Shown here piece by piece: positions 63,890 to 64,000 of a stretch of 64,000 nucleotides of DNA. The notes below the pieces were generated by a model, which was not told the origin of the DNA, ran no database searches, and worked only from the letters and a program-made list of their open reading frames with translations. Position numbers and translations under genes: made by a program. How positions within the stretch are numbered: position 1 is the stretch's first letter; each line of letters starts with the position of its first letter. The stretch is from Cyanophora paradoxa CCMP329 (lineage: Eukaryota; Plantae; Glaucophyta), in assembly GCA_004431415.1 (NCBI GenBank), contig QPMI01000435.1, forward strand, positions 248,001 to 312,000, read 5' to 3'.

Positions 63890-64000
63890 CTAAAGAGTAG
63901 GAAAGAAATGCCAGTCGTTGTACTCGCAGATCCTGTTCCAAATCGAATCTAACTCCGAGAGTTTCTGCCTGCTCTTGAGCAAGGGGAAAAAGGGAGGTGC

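Larger units (their letters stand above)
39400..64000. mobile_element. Endogenous mriyavirus-like (dwarf NCLDV-related) virus. Left boundary approximate; continues beyond the window.
   Basis: Dense intron-free ORFs: NCLDV-type MCP, A32 ATPase, A22/RuvC, YqaJ, SSB, DUF5767-like protein and UL9-like helicase, with a shared upstream motif. No DNA polymerase or integrase seen in the window. Confidence 0.8.

Overview
Eukaryotic (GC-rich, intron-rich, probably algal/protist) nuclear DNA in four layers. (1) A large minus-strand host gene with repeated LamG/concanavalin-like domains runs from about 24.5 kb to beyond position 1. (2) A complete, compact 11.56-kb AT-rich Polinton-like virus (6544-18100) sits inside one of its exons. 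It has 404-bp AG...CT TIRs and a GTCGA TSD, and encodes an A32 ATPase, a DJR capsid, a penton, a pPolB-SF1 helicase-HNH fusion and an rve integrase. (3) An 11.4-kb non-coding Foldback-like element (26755-38119) has modular repeat arms, a 9-10 bp TSD, and a central trimer of a 350-bp self-complementary unit. (4) A second, GC-rich endogenous DNA virus runs from about 39.4 kb past the window end and has a mriyavirus-like (dwarf NCLDV) gene set: NCLDV-type MCP, A32 ATPase, A22/RuvC resolvase, YqaJ nuclease, SSB and a UL9-like origin-binding helicase. Its helicase is bracketed by oriS-like palindromes and about 20 of its genes share an upstream ATTT(T)CY motif. All protein calls rest on motifs recognised by eye; no database searches were run.
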